64,000 bases of DNA from assembly GCA_016214655.1 (NCBI GenBank), contig JACROC010000007.1:14785-78784 (forward strand). The letters run 5' to 3'. Numbering within the stretch: the stretch's first letter is position 1; each line of letters opens with the position of its first letter. Origin of the DNA: Candidatus Harrisonbacteria bacterium. GTDB taxonomy: Bacteria > Patescibacteriota > Minisyncoccia > UBA6257 > 02-FULL-45-10c. Both the position numbers and the translations under genes were made by a program. This document shows, in pieces, positions 1 through 10,413 of this stretch. The notes beneath the pieces were generated by a model. That model was not told where the DNA came from, did not search any database, and saw only the letters and a program-made list of their open reading frames with translations.

Positions 1-55
1 ATAAAATTAATAGAACTTCCTGAATCATAAGATTTAATACTAATATAATAGTATC

Positions 56-436
56 ATGAAGCTGGCAATCCCAAAATTAAATATATCCGTCCAAAATTTT
101 TTGCGGCAATGCGGATATCAAGAAATCTCCAATCCGCATAAAGATAATGAAATCAGCCACGCCCGCAGCCTGGATTCTGGGCGATTCTATCCTAGATTTC
201 ATATTTATTTTGAGGAAAATAAAACTCAAACGATAATTGATCTGCACCTGGATGCAAAAAAACCCAGTTATGAAGGCTTTACGGCGCATAGCGGAGAATA
301 TGAAGGCGCGGTAGTGGAACAAGAAGCAAAAAGGATTAAAAAAATATCTGAAAAATCCATACCCCAAAAGCTGGCCGGTAAAATAGGGTTTCCGAAAACA
401 AAATCTCTTCTCCAAAAATTAAAGGACTGCTTCTAG
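56..436 (+). CDS. hypothetical protein
   Basis: 126-aa ORF; TATAAT 6 nt upstream of ATG (leaderless-type start). Confidence 0.7.
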   Translation: MKLAIPKLNISVQNFLRQCGYQEISNPHKDNEISHARSLDSGRFYPRFHIYFEENKTQTIIDLHLDAKKPSYEGFTAHSGEYEGAVVEQEAKRIKKISEKSIPQKLAGKIGFPKTKSLLQKLKDCF

Positions 437-453
437 CAGTCCTTTATAAAATT

Positions 454-1566
454 TTAACGCGCCATCCGAGACAAATCACTCATCGTGCCCCAAAACATGA
501 GTAAAAGAAAAATTGCAATTCCAAAAGTTTGGGCGGACATCTTAACCCTCCGACTAACCGGCCTGCGTAATACCATTTCAATCATCAAGAAAAATATCCT
601 GCCGCCGTCTATAGGATAGATCGGGAGAAGATTCATGAAACCGATTCCGATATTCAAGACCGCCGCCATCAGGACAAAACTCCTGATTCCATCCTTAAAG
701 GCAAGGTAGAGTAATTGGAAAATACCGATTGGCCCCATCACTTCCTCGGAAGGCCGCTGGCGAGATTTTTCCCGATCACCTTTTCCACGGACCACCAAAT
801 TTTTAGCCAACTGCCAGAAAAATTTTACCTGAAGAACCGTCAAAAGAGTGGTCAATTTGACCGATTCTCTGACGGATTCCGTAAAACCAGATCGCTTAAT
901 AATATAGACCGGTTCAATCCCGATATACCGCAATTTGATATTCCCGAATTCTTTTAGCCCCGGTCTAACCTTCACAAAAAGAGTCTTTTTATTTCGTAAA
1001 ATTTCCAGACTCAAGATTTCTCCCTGACTATCTTTAATCTTTTTAGTTAAATCTTCCCAACCGCCAACCGCTTTACCATTAACACTTCTAATTTCATCGC
1101 CGACCAGAACTCCGGCAACGGCAGCTGGCGAATCTTGCAAAACCTTAGACACTTTATAAGTCGGCTCCTTAAAGCCAAGAAAATAATGCAAAGAAAAAAA
1201 CAATAAAGTTCCCAGCAAAAGATTGGCGATGCTGCCGGCGGCAATGATAATCATCTGCTTCCAGCGCGACTTTGATTCCAAAGATCCAGCAACATCTCGC
1301 GGATCCCCTTGATAACCGGATTGCAACAACTCGTCTTCGCTAAGCGGCTTTACGTATCCGCCGAGCGGAATCCAGCCGATAGCATACTCAGTCTCGCCGA
1401 TATTCTTACTGAAAAGAGCGCGCCCGAAGCCAATAGAATATTTAAGAACTTTAACGTCAAATATTTTAGCGCAAACCAAATGGGCAAACTCATGAAAGGC
1501 GATAATAAAACAAAACGTGAAAACGATGGCGACTACCGCTAAAAACAGTTCCATGCGAATCTCCAT
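454..1566 (-). CDS. rseP: RseP-like M50 intramembrane zinc metalloprotease with PDZ domain
   Basis: HEFAH and NLLPIYPIDGG motifs, IPLGGYV, central PDZ-like segment (DSPAAVAGV..GDEI). Confidence 0.9.
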   Translation of the reverse strand: MEIRMELFLAVVAIVFTFCFIIAFHEFAHLVCAKIFDVKVLKYSIGFGRALFSKNIGETEYAIGWIPLGGYVKPLSEDELLQSGYQGDPRDVAGSLESKSRWKQMIIIAAGSIANLLLGTLLFFSLHYFLGFKEPTYKVSKVLQDSPAAVAGVLVGDEIRSVNGKAVGGWEDLTKKIKDSQGEILSLEILRNKKTLFVKVRPGLKEFGNIKLRYIGIEPVYIIKRSGFTESVRESVKLTTLLTVLQVKFFWQLAKNLVVRGKGDREKSRQRPSEEVMGPIGIFQLLYLAFKDGIRSFVLMAAVLNIGIGFMNLLPIYPIDGGRIFFLMIEMVLRRPVSRRVKMSAQTFGIAIFLLLMFWGTMSDLSRMAR

Positions 1567-1647
1567 TATTCAATTTTCAAAGATTAACTATAAAGTAAAG
1601 TAAATCTATGGTCTGGTCAACTAAAAATAAAAACCGCCTTGAGGCGG

Positions 1648-2304
1648 TTATTTTCTGATACAGCGATACAGGGATGTATTACCATCTTTTTTAACAGTTA
1701 CTGAAAAGTAAGTATCTAAGATATCTGCAAGATAATCCGGCGACAACCAGCGGAAAGATGTAATGTGGCAAGGCAGCCCCTCTCTTTTCTGGACATGATG
1801 CACCAAATCCCCGACTAACCAGCTGACTTCAAGAAATTTTTTCCCATCAATTTCATATTTCTTAATCATTGGTTTTTCTGGAGGTTTACGGTTAAAAGTA
1901 TTGAACACAAACACCCCGCCTTCAGCTAAAACATCAGCCACAAGCTTCGCTGTATTATCATTCAACCAATAATTAACAGCTTGCTGGCAAAAAATACAAT
2001 CAAAGTACCTGCCTCTTTCCATAAACTCTTCAAGTTGCGACTCGACTGTATTAATAAATACTTTTATCTTCGAATGAAGCCGCGCCTTATTACTCACCAT
2101 CGCCCTTTCTCGATCAATCAGACAAACTGATTTAGCTCCCAACTTAACTACCACCAAAGATAGCCGGCCATCGCCGCCGCATAAATCCAAAACATTTTTC
2201 CCAGCAACCAAACCGGCAATCTTAATTAACTTTTCAGCCGGACGACCCTCATAAAATCTCCGGTAAAGTCTTCTATAAGTTTTATGATCGGGATAGCTTT
2301 CCAT
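1648..2304 (-). CDS. class I SAM-dependent methyltransferase
   Basis: VLDLCGGDG motif I, FDCIFC, LAEGGVFVF; probable start is the ATG at 2304, just after the upstream gene's stop. Confidence 0.8.
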   Translation of the reverse strand: MESYPDHKTYRRLYRRFYEGRPAEKLIKIAGLVAGKNVLDLCGGDGRLSLVVVKLGAKSVCLIDRERAMVSNKARLHSKIKVFINTVESQLEEFMERGRYFDCIFCQQAVNYWLNDNTAKLVADVLAEGGVFVFNTFNRKPPEKPMIKKYEIDGKKFLEVSWLVGDLVHHVQKREGLPCHITSFRWLSPDYLADILDTYFSVTVKKDGNTSLYRCIRK

Positions 2305-2305
2305 T

Positions 2306-3400
2306 TTATAATCTCCGGCCGTCTTTATTAAACAAAAGCATACATCCATGTCCTTTGATATTGAAAGAGATATCATTTCTTCTATTCGTATCCCGGGCAG
2401 TTCCAGGCGGAGCATAAAGTAACGTTGGCAAACCGGATTCCTGCTGATGATAATGTACGATACTATCTACTTCTGAATTTTCAAAAATTTTTGCGAGTAG
2501 CGGGGCATTTAAACTTGCCTTCATTAATCCGGCAACAACTACTTCTCGCCTCTCATGATCAACCCCCAAGACATTAACCAAGGTATCCAACTCTCGTTTG
2601 CCGCGGCCGGTAGTTAAAAATCCTGATTTATGCCGGATAGCAATCGTACCAAATACAATTCCATTTTCCACGGCTTTAAACTTGGAAGAAAATTGATTCA
2701 TTGAATTCCTGATCTGTGATTGAGCATTTTCAGAAATAGCTTGCTCATCAACTAGGTGAGTGTGATAATACTCATCATTAACCATTTGCCAAACCCATTC
2801 TGCCAACTCCTGCTGCATAACAGGATGCACTCCTCTTTCTTTTGTAACGGCATATTTCTGCATAAGTCTTATGGTATCATTCGCAAAAACAACCCCCGCT
2901 CCTGAAGCCAGCAACACCTCATAAGCGGCGCGTATTAACTCCTCATGTTTGACATTAGAAAGCAATTTAAACCCAAACAAATGCGCGCGCGGAGCAACTT
3001 TCTTTACTTCATCAATAATCCTGGGCGCAATAGTAAAGTTAATCGGTATAATATCTCCGGGCTTAAAATTATGGCTGGGAAATTTGTCCCTAAACGGTTC
3101 CAATGGAATAAGATTGGCAACTGCAGCGCCAAGAACAACTGCATCCATTTTGGGAGCCAGCTCAAGAACAATGCGCCGATAATCTGCTATTCCGCTATGT
3201 TCATAAATCAAAAGATTGGGTTTAGAAAATGGCTTCTTTATTCCTAAATGAGAAGCGCAAACATAACTCACCTTCGCATCCTTCAAAAGCAGCTGGTCCG
3301 CCAGCTCGGCGATCAGGCCGCCCCGGAAACGATTGGTAATTATCTTTACCGCATCCAAATGAGCATGAACCGGCCCGGCGGTAATCAAAATATTTTTCAT
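2306..3400 (-). CDS. CoaB-like (phosphopantothenate-cysteine ligase) domain fused to a class II aldolase-like C-terminal domain
   Basis: ILITAGP..LDAVKIITN, AAVAN, GFKL, VFAND (CoaB motifs); C-terminal IVHYH and GHG resemble aldolase II metal ligands. Confidence 0.7.
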   Translation of the reverse strand: MKNILITAGPVHAHLDAVKIITNRFRGGLIAELADQLLLKDAKVSYVCASHLGIKKPFSKPNLLIYEHSGIADYRRIVLELAPKMDAVVLGAAVANLIPLEPFRDKFPSHNFKPGDIIPINFTIAPRIIDEVKKVAPRAHLFGFKLLSNVKHEELIRAAYEVLLASGAGVVFANDTIRLMQKYAVTKERGVHPVMQQELAEWVWQMVNDEYYHTHLVDEQAISENAQSQIRNSMNQFSSKFKAVENGIVFGTIAIRHKSGFLTTGRGKRELDTLVNVLGVDHERREVVVAGLMKASLNAPLLAKIFENSEVDSIVHYHQQESGLPTLLYAPPGTARDTNRRNDISFNIKGHGCMLLFNKDGRRL

Positions 3401-3506
3401 CTTGAACCCCCTTACTCATATTCATTTTTGAAAGTGCGCTTATATACTACTTTAAAAAGTAATAGAGGGTCAAATTATGGTTAGTAAAAAACCGCCTTAG
3501 TGTGAC

Positions 3507-4694
3507 TTAAATTTTTTCTAGTGCTTGAGCGAGATCCTCAACTAAATCCTGGAAATATTCGCGGCCGACGGATAACCTTATAGTACCAGATGAAATGCCG
3601 GCCTTTTTTAATTCTTTAGGCGTCAACTGACCGTGAGTCGTAGTAGCCGGATGAATGACTAATGATCTTGCTTCACCGATATTTGCGGCATGCCAAAAGA
3701 GTTTGAGCGATTCGAGAACGATTTTTGCCTTTTTTAATCCACCCCTTACTTCAAAAGCCATCAATCCACCAAAGCCTTTTGGCATAAGACGCTTATTGAT
3801 TTTTTTGCGGTCGCCGTATTCAGGATAAAAAACTCTGCTGACTTTAGGATGACGAGAAAGAAATTTAGCAATAATCGAAGCGTTGCGACAGTGTTCCTTC
3901 ATACGACCAAAAAGTGATTCAATATGATAGCATAAAATCGCGGCATTGTCCGGAGAAATACACGGACCCGTATCGCGAAACCATCCTGTGCGCACTTCGT
4001 CTATCAATCGTTTTTTTCCTAGAATAGCACCGCCAATTACCTCACCATCACCCATATATTTGGAAAGTGAGTGAATAACGATATCGGCGCCAAGCTTAAT
4101 CGGCTGCAAAAGCGACGGAGTAGCTAAAGTATTATCCACCACCAAAGGAAGTTTGTGTTCGTGGGCTAAATTAGCTAATGATTTGATATCAAAAATGTCT
4201 AAAATTGGATTAGACGGATTTTCAACGTATAAAAATTTAGTATTGGGTTGAATGGCTTTTACCCAAGATTTTTCCTCAAATGGATTTTCTACGAAACTGA
4301 CTTTAATTCCAAGAGCGGGCAGGCGTTCTCGAAATAAATGAAATGTGCCACCGTAAATGCGATTGGATGCGACAATATGGCCGCCGGAATGAGCCAAATG
4401 TAAGGCTATTAGTTCAATCGCCGCCATCCCCGAAGAAGTGGCTAAACCAGCTTCGGCGCCCTCCAAAACTGCGAGCCGTTTTTCCAATTTATCTACAGTA
4501 GGATTATTAATGCGAGTATAAATAAATCCCTCTTCGGTTCCGGAGAAAAGCCGTTGGGCACGATCAAAAGAACCCAGAGAAAAAGCAATAACTCGATACA
4601 ATCCTGGCCGGATTTCCGAATCGGTTAAGGACCCACCACCATGAATCTCTAAAGTTTTTGAATGTAATCTTTTAGTAATATCCTTTTTGGCCAT
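3507..4694 (-). CDS. PLP-dependent Cys/Met metabolism enzyme (O-acetylhomoserine sulfhydrylase / methionine gamma-lyase family)
   Basis: YTRINNPT, SSGMAAI, ENPSNP, VDNT, HSLSKY (PLP lysine), IRLSVG. Confidence 0.9.
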   Translation of the reverse strand: MAKKDITKRLHSKTLEIHGGGSLTDSEIRPGLYRVIAFSLGSFDRAQRLFSGTEEGFIYTRINNPTVDKLEKRLAVLEGAEAGLATSSGMAAIELIALHLAHSGGHIVASNRIYGGTFHLFRERLPALGIKVSFVENPFEEKSWVKAIQPNTKFLYVENPSNPILDIFDIKSLANLAHEHKLPLVVDNTLATPSLLQPIKLGADIVIHSLSKYMGDGEVIGGAILGKKRLIDEVRTGWFRDTGPCISPDNAAILCYHIESLFGRMKEHCRNASIIAKFLSRHPKVSRVFYPEYGDRKKINKRLMPKGFGGLMAFEVRGGLKKAKIVLESLKLFWHAANIGEARSLVIHPATTTHGQLTPKELKKAGISSGTIRLSVGREYFQDLVEDLAQALEKI

Positions 4695-4766
4695 TTTTCA
4701 ATTATATCACAAACAAAAAACCGTGAATTTCTATCACGATTTTTCCTAAATAATCTGGTTCGATAG

Positions 4767-4955
4767 TTACTTACATTTGCAATTACTTTCCGCCTCTTTG
4801 CATTTCTTGCATCTTACTTGCATCATTGCTCCGTCTTTGCATTTCTGCCAATGCGCCGGATCAAAAACTGACGCCGCTTCTCCGCATTTTGGGCACCTGA
4901 AACCTTCGCCCTCTCCGCCGCATAAATCGCAATGTTTGGATGAATAAATCGGCAT
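4767..4955 (-). CDS. small Cys-rich (zinc-finger-like) protein
   Basis: 62 aa with CxxC x3 and CxC. Confidence 0.65.
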   Translation of the reverse strand: MPIYSSKHCDLCGGEGEGFRCPKCGEAASVFDPAHWQKCKDGAMMQVRCKKCKEAESNCKCK

Positions 4956-5006
4956 ATATTAATTTTAACCTAAAATTTTAAACCCGCCTAGGAGGCGGGT
5001 TACAAA

Positions 5007-6197
5007 TTATACAAAAAATGAGAGTTCTGATTTGGTCCGCGTAGTGTGCTGGACCGGAAACTCTGTCATCACAAAACGCATAGCCGAGAGAAGTACGCCG
5101 GGATTCTGGTAAACTTTTAACTCAATGATACAACCCGCTTCCTGATTCCCAAGCGGCGTATCAATAGCTGCATATAATGTCTCATCTTCATTAAGAAAGA
5201 CGGTCCGCTGAAAAGATATTTCTTTCTGCTGATGATCTGCCCGGATAAGCTGCTGAACCTCTGGCGGAAGGCTAGCCGCGGAATCCGGCATATCCTCTTC
5301 ATTAATAAACCAGTAAAACTTGTCTTTTCGAACCGGGAAATAACGGAATTGGTCCAGCTCCGCTATTACTTCCTCCTGAGGACGAGCGTAGACCACCTGG
5401 ACGGTTTGCATATGGCCGGTAGAAGTCATTTTTGTAAGACGCGTAACCAAAGTACCGCTCCGAGGACCAAGCATGCGTCTCCGCAATCGGACAACTGGCG
5501 CACGACCGGAAAAATCAGGTAGATTATTCTTGAAATACCTGTCGTGATAATTGAGACGCGCCATCAGCTTGAGGCCCAAACCAGATTGCAATTGTGAAAT
5601 TATTCCTTCCCGCTCTGCTTGAGACCGGATAAGAAACCGTGCCTCGTAGTAACTGGCCACATTAAATCCGGCTTTTGCCGTGCGCCGCTTAAATAAAGCA
5701 TATCGCGCTTCGGTTACACCAACCTCAAGCCAAGCAACCATGACAACCGCGACCAAAAAACTGGACGACGTCATCAGCCACACCGGAATCCCGGGATAAA
5801 ACGAAAGACCGAAAAACAAAAATATGTAAATAGGGTCGTGAACGAGAATATCTTCCATAAGGCTGACTGAGCCGCTCCTGAGTGCCTGCATGAAATATGA
5901 GAGAAGCGGCTTACGTTCCTGCGGCGATACTTCACGATAGCGCTGCATCGCTTCATGAATATGCGCCGGGAAAAATCCGATCTTCTCAATAATAGGACCG
6001 ACAAATGCCAGGATTAATGTCGATGTCGTAATAAAACCAGCTAAAGTCGTCCCCACAACGCTGATCGCAAGCGCAATCATCTCATCCCTGCCGAATCGCT
6101 TGAATACGTTCCAAAACGGGCTTCCCGGAAGCCGGATCATTTCATTATCGTGATGATCAGTATGCCGGCAACCACGCGAATGACTGTGATCCTGCAT
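5007..6197 (-). CDS. membrane protein with C-terminal CYTH-like domain
   Basis: N-terminal TM segments; YEARF, YHDRYF, VRLRRR, IIELKV resemble CYTH motifs; SD GGAGG before ATG at 6197. Confidence 0.6.
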   Translation of the reverse strand: MQDHSHSRGCRHTDHHDNEMIRLPGSPFWNVFKRFGRDEMIALAISVVGTTLAGFITTSTLILAFVGPIIEKIGFFPAHIHEAMQRYREVSPQERKPLLSYFMQALRSGSVSLMEDILVHDPIYIFLFFGLSFYPGIPVWLMTSSSFLVAVVMVAWLEVGVTEARYALFKRRTAKAGFNVASYYEARFLIRSQAEREGIISQLQSGLGLKLMARLNYHDRYFKNNLPDFSGRAPVVRLRRRMLGPRSGTLVTRLTKMTSTGHMQTVQVVYARPQEEVIAELDQFRYFPVRKDKFYWFINEEDMPDSAASLPPEVQQLIRADHQQKEISFQRTVFLNEDETLYAAIDTPLGNQEAGCIIELKVYQNPGVLLSAMRFVMTEFPVQHTTRTKSELSFFV

Positions 6198-6349
6198 GCA
6201 ACCTCCCGAAGTAAACGAACTAAAAAGATTATGCAATAAAAATCATCCTGCGTCAATTCTAATAGGTCGGCATTCAAAAAAACCGCCGCAGCTGACGCTG
6301 TGGCGGAAAAAAATTTCAACTCTTCACTGTTTTCGGAAGATATGAAGTC

Positions 6350-6580
6350 TCATGAAGCACTATAACATATAAGCCAGTCCATTAGCTTTTTCCGATGCAT
6401 ATCAACCGACCACTCGTCGCCCTTTTTAAAAAGAGACGGGTGCGTTAATTTGAACTCTCTCAATACTGCAAATGACGCCTTAGGAAAACCATAGGGAATA
6501 TTTTCATTATAGTTCTTTCTAAATATAGCGAGGGTAGTTCTTATTTGATTAAGCTCCAGTTGATTATCTTTATTCTTCAT
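6350..6580 (-). CDS. hypothetical protein
   Basis: ORF, probable ATG at 6580. Confidence 0.55.
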   Translation of the reverse strand: MKNKDNQLELNQIRTTLAIFRKNYNENIPYGFPKASFAVLREFKLTHPSLFKKGDEWSVDMHRKKLMDWLICYSAS

Positions 6581-6635
6581 ATTATCTAAAATACCACAAA
6601 AGGAACTTAAAATCAATTTTTGAAATAACTATAAA

Positions 6636-7082
6636 TTATTTGGAGAGGCTTTTAAAAACCTCACTGGGCTTCATATATTCGCTGGTTATTTTAGAAATCA
6701 AAAGCTCACCCCCGGCATCAAAGTTATGCGATGCATCATTAGTTACATCAGCTACATGGGGCCCGCATTCATCTCTCACCTGAATAGTAACCGGCACCAA
6801 CTCAATGCCATTTTTATAAAATAGTTGAATGCGATGATTTCCAGACTCTAGCCGAAACTTTTTATTTCGTACACCAACCCTCACAATCAGCGGATCACGT
6901 AACCCATTTTCGCATATACTTTTCCAAAGAATGTTTAAATCCGCCGGAGTGCCGTCATTTAAATGCGTCATCGGAGATATGTCGGATCCTCGATATCTCC
7001 AAACCCAAGCTGTCGGAATTAATTCAACCTTACCTCGTTTATACAGCAAATGATTTTTCCAAAGTGGTTTTATATTCATCAT
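6636..7082 (-). CDS. ParB/Srx N-terminal-like domain protein
   Basis: SICENGLRDPLIV...LESGNHRI matches the ParB/sulfiredoxin GxHR motif. Confidence 0.65.
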   Translation of the reverse strand: MMNIKPLWKNHLLYKRGKVELIPTAWVWRYRGSDISPMTHLNDGTPADLNILWKSICENGLRDPLIVRVGVRNKKFRLESGNHRIQLFYKNGIELVPVTIQVRDECGPHVADVTNDASHNFDAGGELLISKITSEYMKPSEVFKSLSK

Positions 7083-7179
7083 ATAAATACTAAATTTAAA
7101 GCACTAACAAGTAAAGCAAATTGATACCTGAATTATGTGTCAATTTGGGATTTTAAAAAGTCTGTGGTATTTCTTAATT

Positions 7180-8037
7180 ATGGTATTAATAAATAAAAAA
7201 AACGGTTTGACGACAATTTCGCTTATCGGCTTTTTGTTGTCCGCGTTTGCCCTTCCGGTATTCGCCCAAATACTTCCCGGCGCTCATGATGTTTCTCCGG
7301 AACTCCAAAAGATTCCGGAAGTTACCACCTCAAAAGAAACTGGCCGTGATGCTAAATCGTACTGTAACGCAATAACGCCGCCGGATTCTCAAAAAAATTG
7401 TTGCATCCCGGAAAGAAATTACGGGGTCGGCTGGCCAGATTGTGAATATGCCGTAATCAAAGCCAGCGGCCAGCAAGCTGGCCTTATCCCGACAAAAAAA
7501 TTTGCAGATCCCAGCCAGCAAAACTATTATAATCTCCAGATTCAATATTTAAACAGGTGTTTCTCTCTCGGAAAAATCTCTGCTGATAACAAGTGTTTTA
7601 ACGAAAGTCCGGAAATTAAACAGCAACAGCAGATCAGCCGGGCGGCTGAGGATAAATTCGATTGCTCCAAAACAACTACCGATGCCGAGTCCAGTGCTTG
7701 CTTCGATTCAAGAAATCAAGCGAGTCGAGAACTTTTCGGAATTGCAAGAGAAGCGAATAAGGACTGGGATGCCTGGCGGAAAGAAACTGTAGATAAGGCT
7801 GCATCCATACAAACCAAAAAACAAGCTGGGCAAAAACCGCAAGAAGTAAAAAGGGCTGAAAAAACAACTGAAGCAGTGACGAAAACTCCGCCGGCCACGC
7901 AACAAACTACAGAACAACCGGCGCCAACACAACAACCATCGCCAGCCCCGAGGTTCAGACTTATAGAATCATTTTACGGAAAAATAACATTGCCGCTAAA
8001 AGATTTTTTCAGGAAAATATTCAGATTTGGAAGATAA
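7180..8037 (+). CDS. secreted Cys-containing hypothetical protein with Pro/Thr/Gln-rich tail
   Basis: signal peptide (..LPVFA-Q), paired Cys, low-complexity C-terminus. Confidence 0.7.
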   Translation: MVLINKKNGLTTISLIGFLLSAFALPVFAQILPGAHDVSPELQKIPEVTTSKETGRDAKSYCNAITPPDSQKNCCIPERNYGVGWPDCEYAVIKASGQQAGLIPTKKFADPSQQNYYNLQIQYLNRCFSLGKISADNKCFNESPEIKQQQQISRAAEDKFDCSKTTTDAESSACFDSRNQASRELFGIAREANKDWDAWRKETVDKAASIQTKKQAGQKPQEVKRAEKTTEAVTKTPPATQQTTEQPAPTQQPSPAPRFRLIESFYGKITLPLKDFFRKIFRFGR

Positions 8038-8046
8038 GAATTGGTT

Positions 8047-8466
8047 TTATTTTAGGAAAGCCTGAATATTTTTCACGATATCTACAACTTCATCAACGTT
8101 TTCTTTAGAAATAAGTTGGGAAGGATTCTTTGCTCTGATACTTTCCGCAACAATTTTAATTCTTTTCAACAATTCGGTCTTTGTTTCTTCTGGAATCTCC
8201 CCGGCTTCCGGCGCTCTCCTCAAAAAAGCTTCACCCATTATCAATGGAGTCGAAAGGGTATTGGCCCGATACTTGCTCTCTTTGCTTCTTTCGTAATTTT
8301 CGATATCTTCCTTACTTTGGGTGCGCTCGCTTATTTCTCGTAATTTAAGTTGCTCTTCATATGGAAGTCCGGGTGACTCGGGGATATTAATAAATTCCTC
8401 AAGCCTTTTCTTGGTTGAATCATATAGTCCTGAATTTTTTTCAATTGTCGGTTGCTCAAAGCTCAT
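8047..8466 (-). CDS. hypothetical protein
   Basis: 139-aa ORF with ATG. Confidence 0.6.
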   Translation of the reverse strand: MSFEQPTIEKNSGLYDSTKKRLEEFINIPESPGLPYEEQLKLREISERTQSKEDIENYERSKESKYRANTLSTPLIMGEAFLRRAPEAGEIPEETKTELLKRIKIVAESIRAKNPSQLISKENVDEVVDIVKNIQAFLK

Positions 8467-8497
8467 ATATCACTATATTTAAAATTTACGCGATTCT

Positions 8498-9244
8498 TTA
8501 TCCCGATATCGCCCCTTGATAGTCCTTTTTTATAGCTTCAATAAAGTTGTGGTCCATTTTTTGTGTTTTTTCATTGAGCTTATAGTACGAAAGATGGTCA
8601 TTTGCAAAATTTTCTTTCAATTTGCCTGGTACAATATAAGCTTGAAACTCTTCGGGGGAAGCGAACTTATTTGGATCTAAATACACAAGCAGATCTGCCT
8701 CGTTCTTATATTCCAGATTATCCTTTTTCCACCGTTCATGAATCATATTCCCAACTTGGTCAGTATCGAATTGACCGCTCTCATAAGCTAAGAGGGCCAC
8801 CTCAACAGAAGCATTGTTGGCAGCTTGCCACTTCGGAGGCAAATCCTCGTAAGGGATATTTGCGATATCAATCATCGCGTTTTCTTGGCCAGTCTTTGGA
8901 TCTGTTTCCCGACGAATCTGGTCTTTATACTTCAACTCATGTTCTGGAGTAAGCCATTCGGGATTTTTAACGGGCCGAAATCTCGGCACAAACCTGCCGC
9001 GTTCATCTTTTGGATTATTATTTTCTAAAAAGCTGTAGTGTGCCTTTTCCCCAGCCTTTTTTATAAATTGTTCCTTGTGTTCTCCTTTAAGCTTTGGATC
9101 CTCTTCAATCAGCTTATTCACGCCCTCTTCGGTCTCTTTTAGCATCTTTTTCTGTAACTCTGAAAAATCTCTTCCCCGACGCGTATCCGCGGACTTTTTT
9201 GGTTCATTTAAAGAAGGGTCAGGTCGCTCAAAATTAAATTTCAT
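8498..9244 (-). CDS. hypothetical protein with RyR-repeat-like motifs
   Basis: IHERW, PYEDLP, SYYKLNEKTQKMD resemble the RyR domain pattern. Confidence 0.55.
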   Translation of the reverse strand: MKFNFERPDPSLNEPKKSADTRRGRDFSELQKKMLKETEEGVNKLIEEDPKLKGEHKEQFIKKAGEKAHYSFLENNNPKDERGRFVPRFRPVKNPEWLTPEHELKYKDQIRRETDPKTGQENAMIDIANIPYEDLPPKWQAANNASVEVALLAYESGQFDTDQVGNMIHERWKKDNLEYKNEADLLVYLDPNKFASPEEFQAYIVPGKLKENFANDHLSYYKLNEKTQKMDHNFIEAIKKDYQGAISG

Positions 9245-9296
9245 AATATTTATAATAACATATTTGTTTATTGCTAATAAGTTGGCAATTTTTAGA

Positions 9297-9378
9297 AACC
9301 CAGGTCGACAACTGGATCAGATTACCTGCCCGCAATGCTAGCGCAAGTGTTGCAGGCGGGGAACCTGTTTGGTTTAAA
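9297..9378 (+). repeat. att-like cassette repeat (family B) with palindromic insert
   Basis: ccaGGTCGACAACTGGATCAGATTA[cctgcccgc..gcaggcggg]GGAACCTGTTTGGTTTAA. Confidence 0.7.
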
Positions 9379-9426
9379 AAGAAAAAGCCAGTTGTTCTTA
9401 ACAACTGGCAAATATAATGTTCGGCA

Positions 9427-10230
9427 TCAGCCGATAGCAACTTTGGCGTCCGCTTTGTAGAGTTTCTTCTGCTCTTTTAAGTCTTTCGGCCAGCACCTAA
9501 TGACATCTTCAATCATATCGAGGGCGGTGCGAAAGTCGCCGTAAATCGACTGGATGCCAGCATTCAAGCAGAGTGGGTCACCGTCTTCGCCAACAAAGGA
9601 GACAGTCGATTCGTTGCAATATACCTCACCATCCTTTTTGTAGTAACTGTCCTTGCTCTTATCTATGCATCTGGCAAAGGTGAACATAATGCGGCCCGCC
9701 ATAATAAATGTACGAAGTTGGGTCTCGCCAAACTTACCGCTCATTCCTCTCTTATCACATTTGTCAGCCATTTCTCCTAATCCTCGGCGATACACGAGCC
9801 GCAAGAACTTGTCGAAAGTCTGTTGGAGAACATACTTTTGGGCGTTGCAGTAAGTATTAAGCTGGTGCTCGACCCAATCTTGACCCGTTATCTCTTTCAG
9901 CATAAAGCCAAGCGTAGTCTGTACTGCAGAGCCTTGGTCAAGAAGATTGCTCGCTCCGAGGTCTGTAATGTTGGGAACTTCGTGCCCAGTTTCCAACTCA
10001 TAAGCCTGACGGAAATAAACAGCCCGATCATCAGTTCCCGTTCGCAGCTGTTCAAAGGCATCAACCATTAATTCTGGGAGATATGATTCAATACTCCAGA
10101 AATCATACTTCTCATCGTTTGGAATGTTCAAATTCTCGAGGTAGTGAACGAGGAAATTGGCGAAGGCTCGCTGCCCCTTCCATTGTGCAGTAAACCTCTT
10201 TAAGCCGACAACCAGCTCTTTCTTGTGCAT
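9427..10230 (-). CDS. hypothetical protein
   Basis: 267-aa ORF with cassette leader and SD. Confidence 0.75.
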   Translation of the reverse strand: MHKKELVVGLKRFTAQWKGQRAFANFLVHYLENLNIPNDEKYDFWSIESYLPELMVDAFEQLRTGTDDRAVYFRQAYELETGHEVPNITDLGASNLLDQGSAVQTTLGFMLKEITGQDWVEHQLNTYCNAQKYVLQQTFDKFLRLVYRRGLGEMADKCDKRGMSGKFGETQLRTFIMAGRIMFTFARCIDKSKDSYYKKDGEVYCNESTVSFVGEDGDPLCLNAGIQSIYGDFRTALDMIEDVIRCWPKDLKEQKKLYKADAKVAIG

Positions 10231-10240
10231 TCGTATTCCT

Positions 10241-10299
10241 CCTTTTTCAATGAACGTTAACTGCTAAAATAGATTAATAAAAAACTAAAATAAAGTCAA
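10241..10299 (-). promoter_or_regulatory. shared cassette promoter/boxA-like/SD leader
   Basis: minus strand TTGACT..GCAGTTAACGTTCATTGAAAAAGAGG. Confidence 0.65.
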
Positions 10300-10413
10300 A
10301 TCGCCGGGCGAATTCTCGTTTGATGAGATGTCGTCGTAGAAGATGCCGGGACTTATTTGGTGAGAATATACAATAAAGACCCGATATGAATCGGGTCTAT
10401 TGAAAAAATATCT

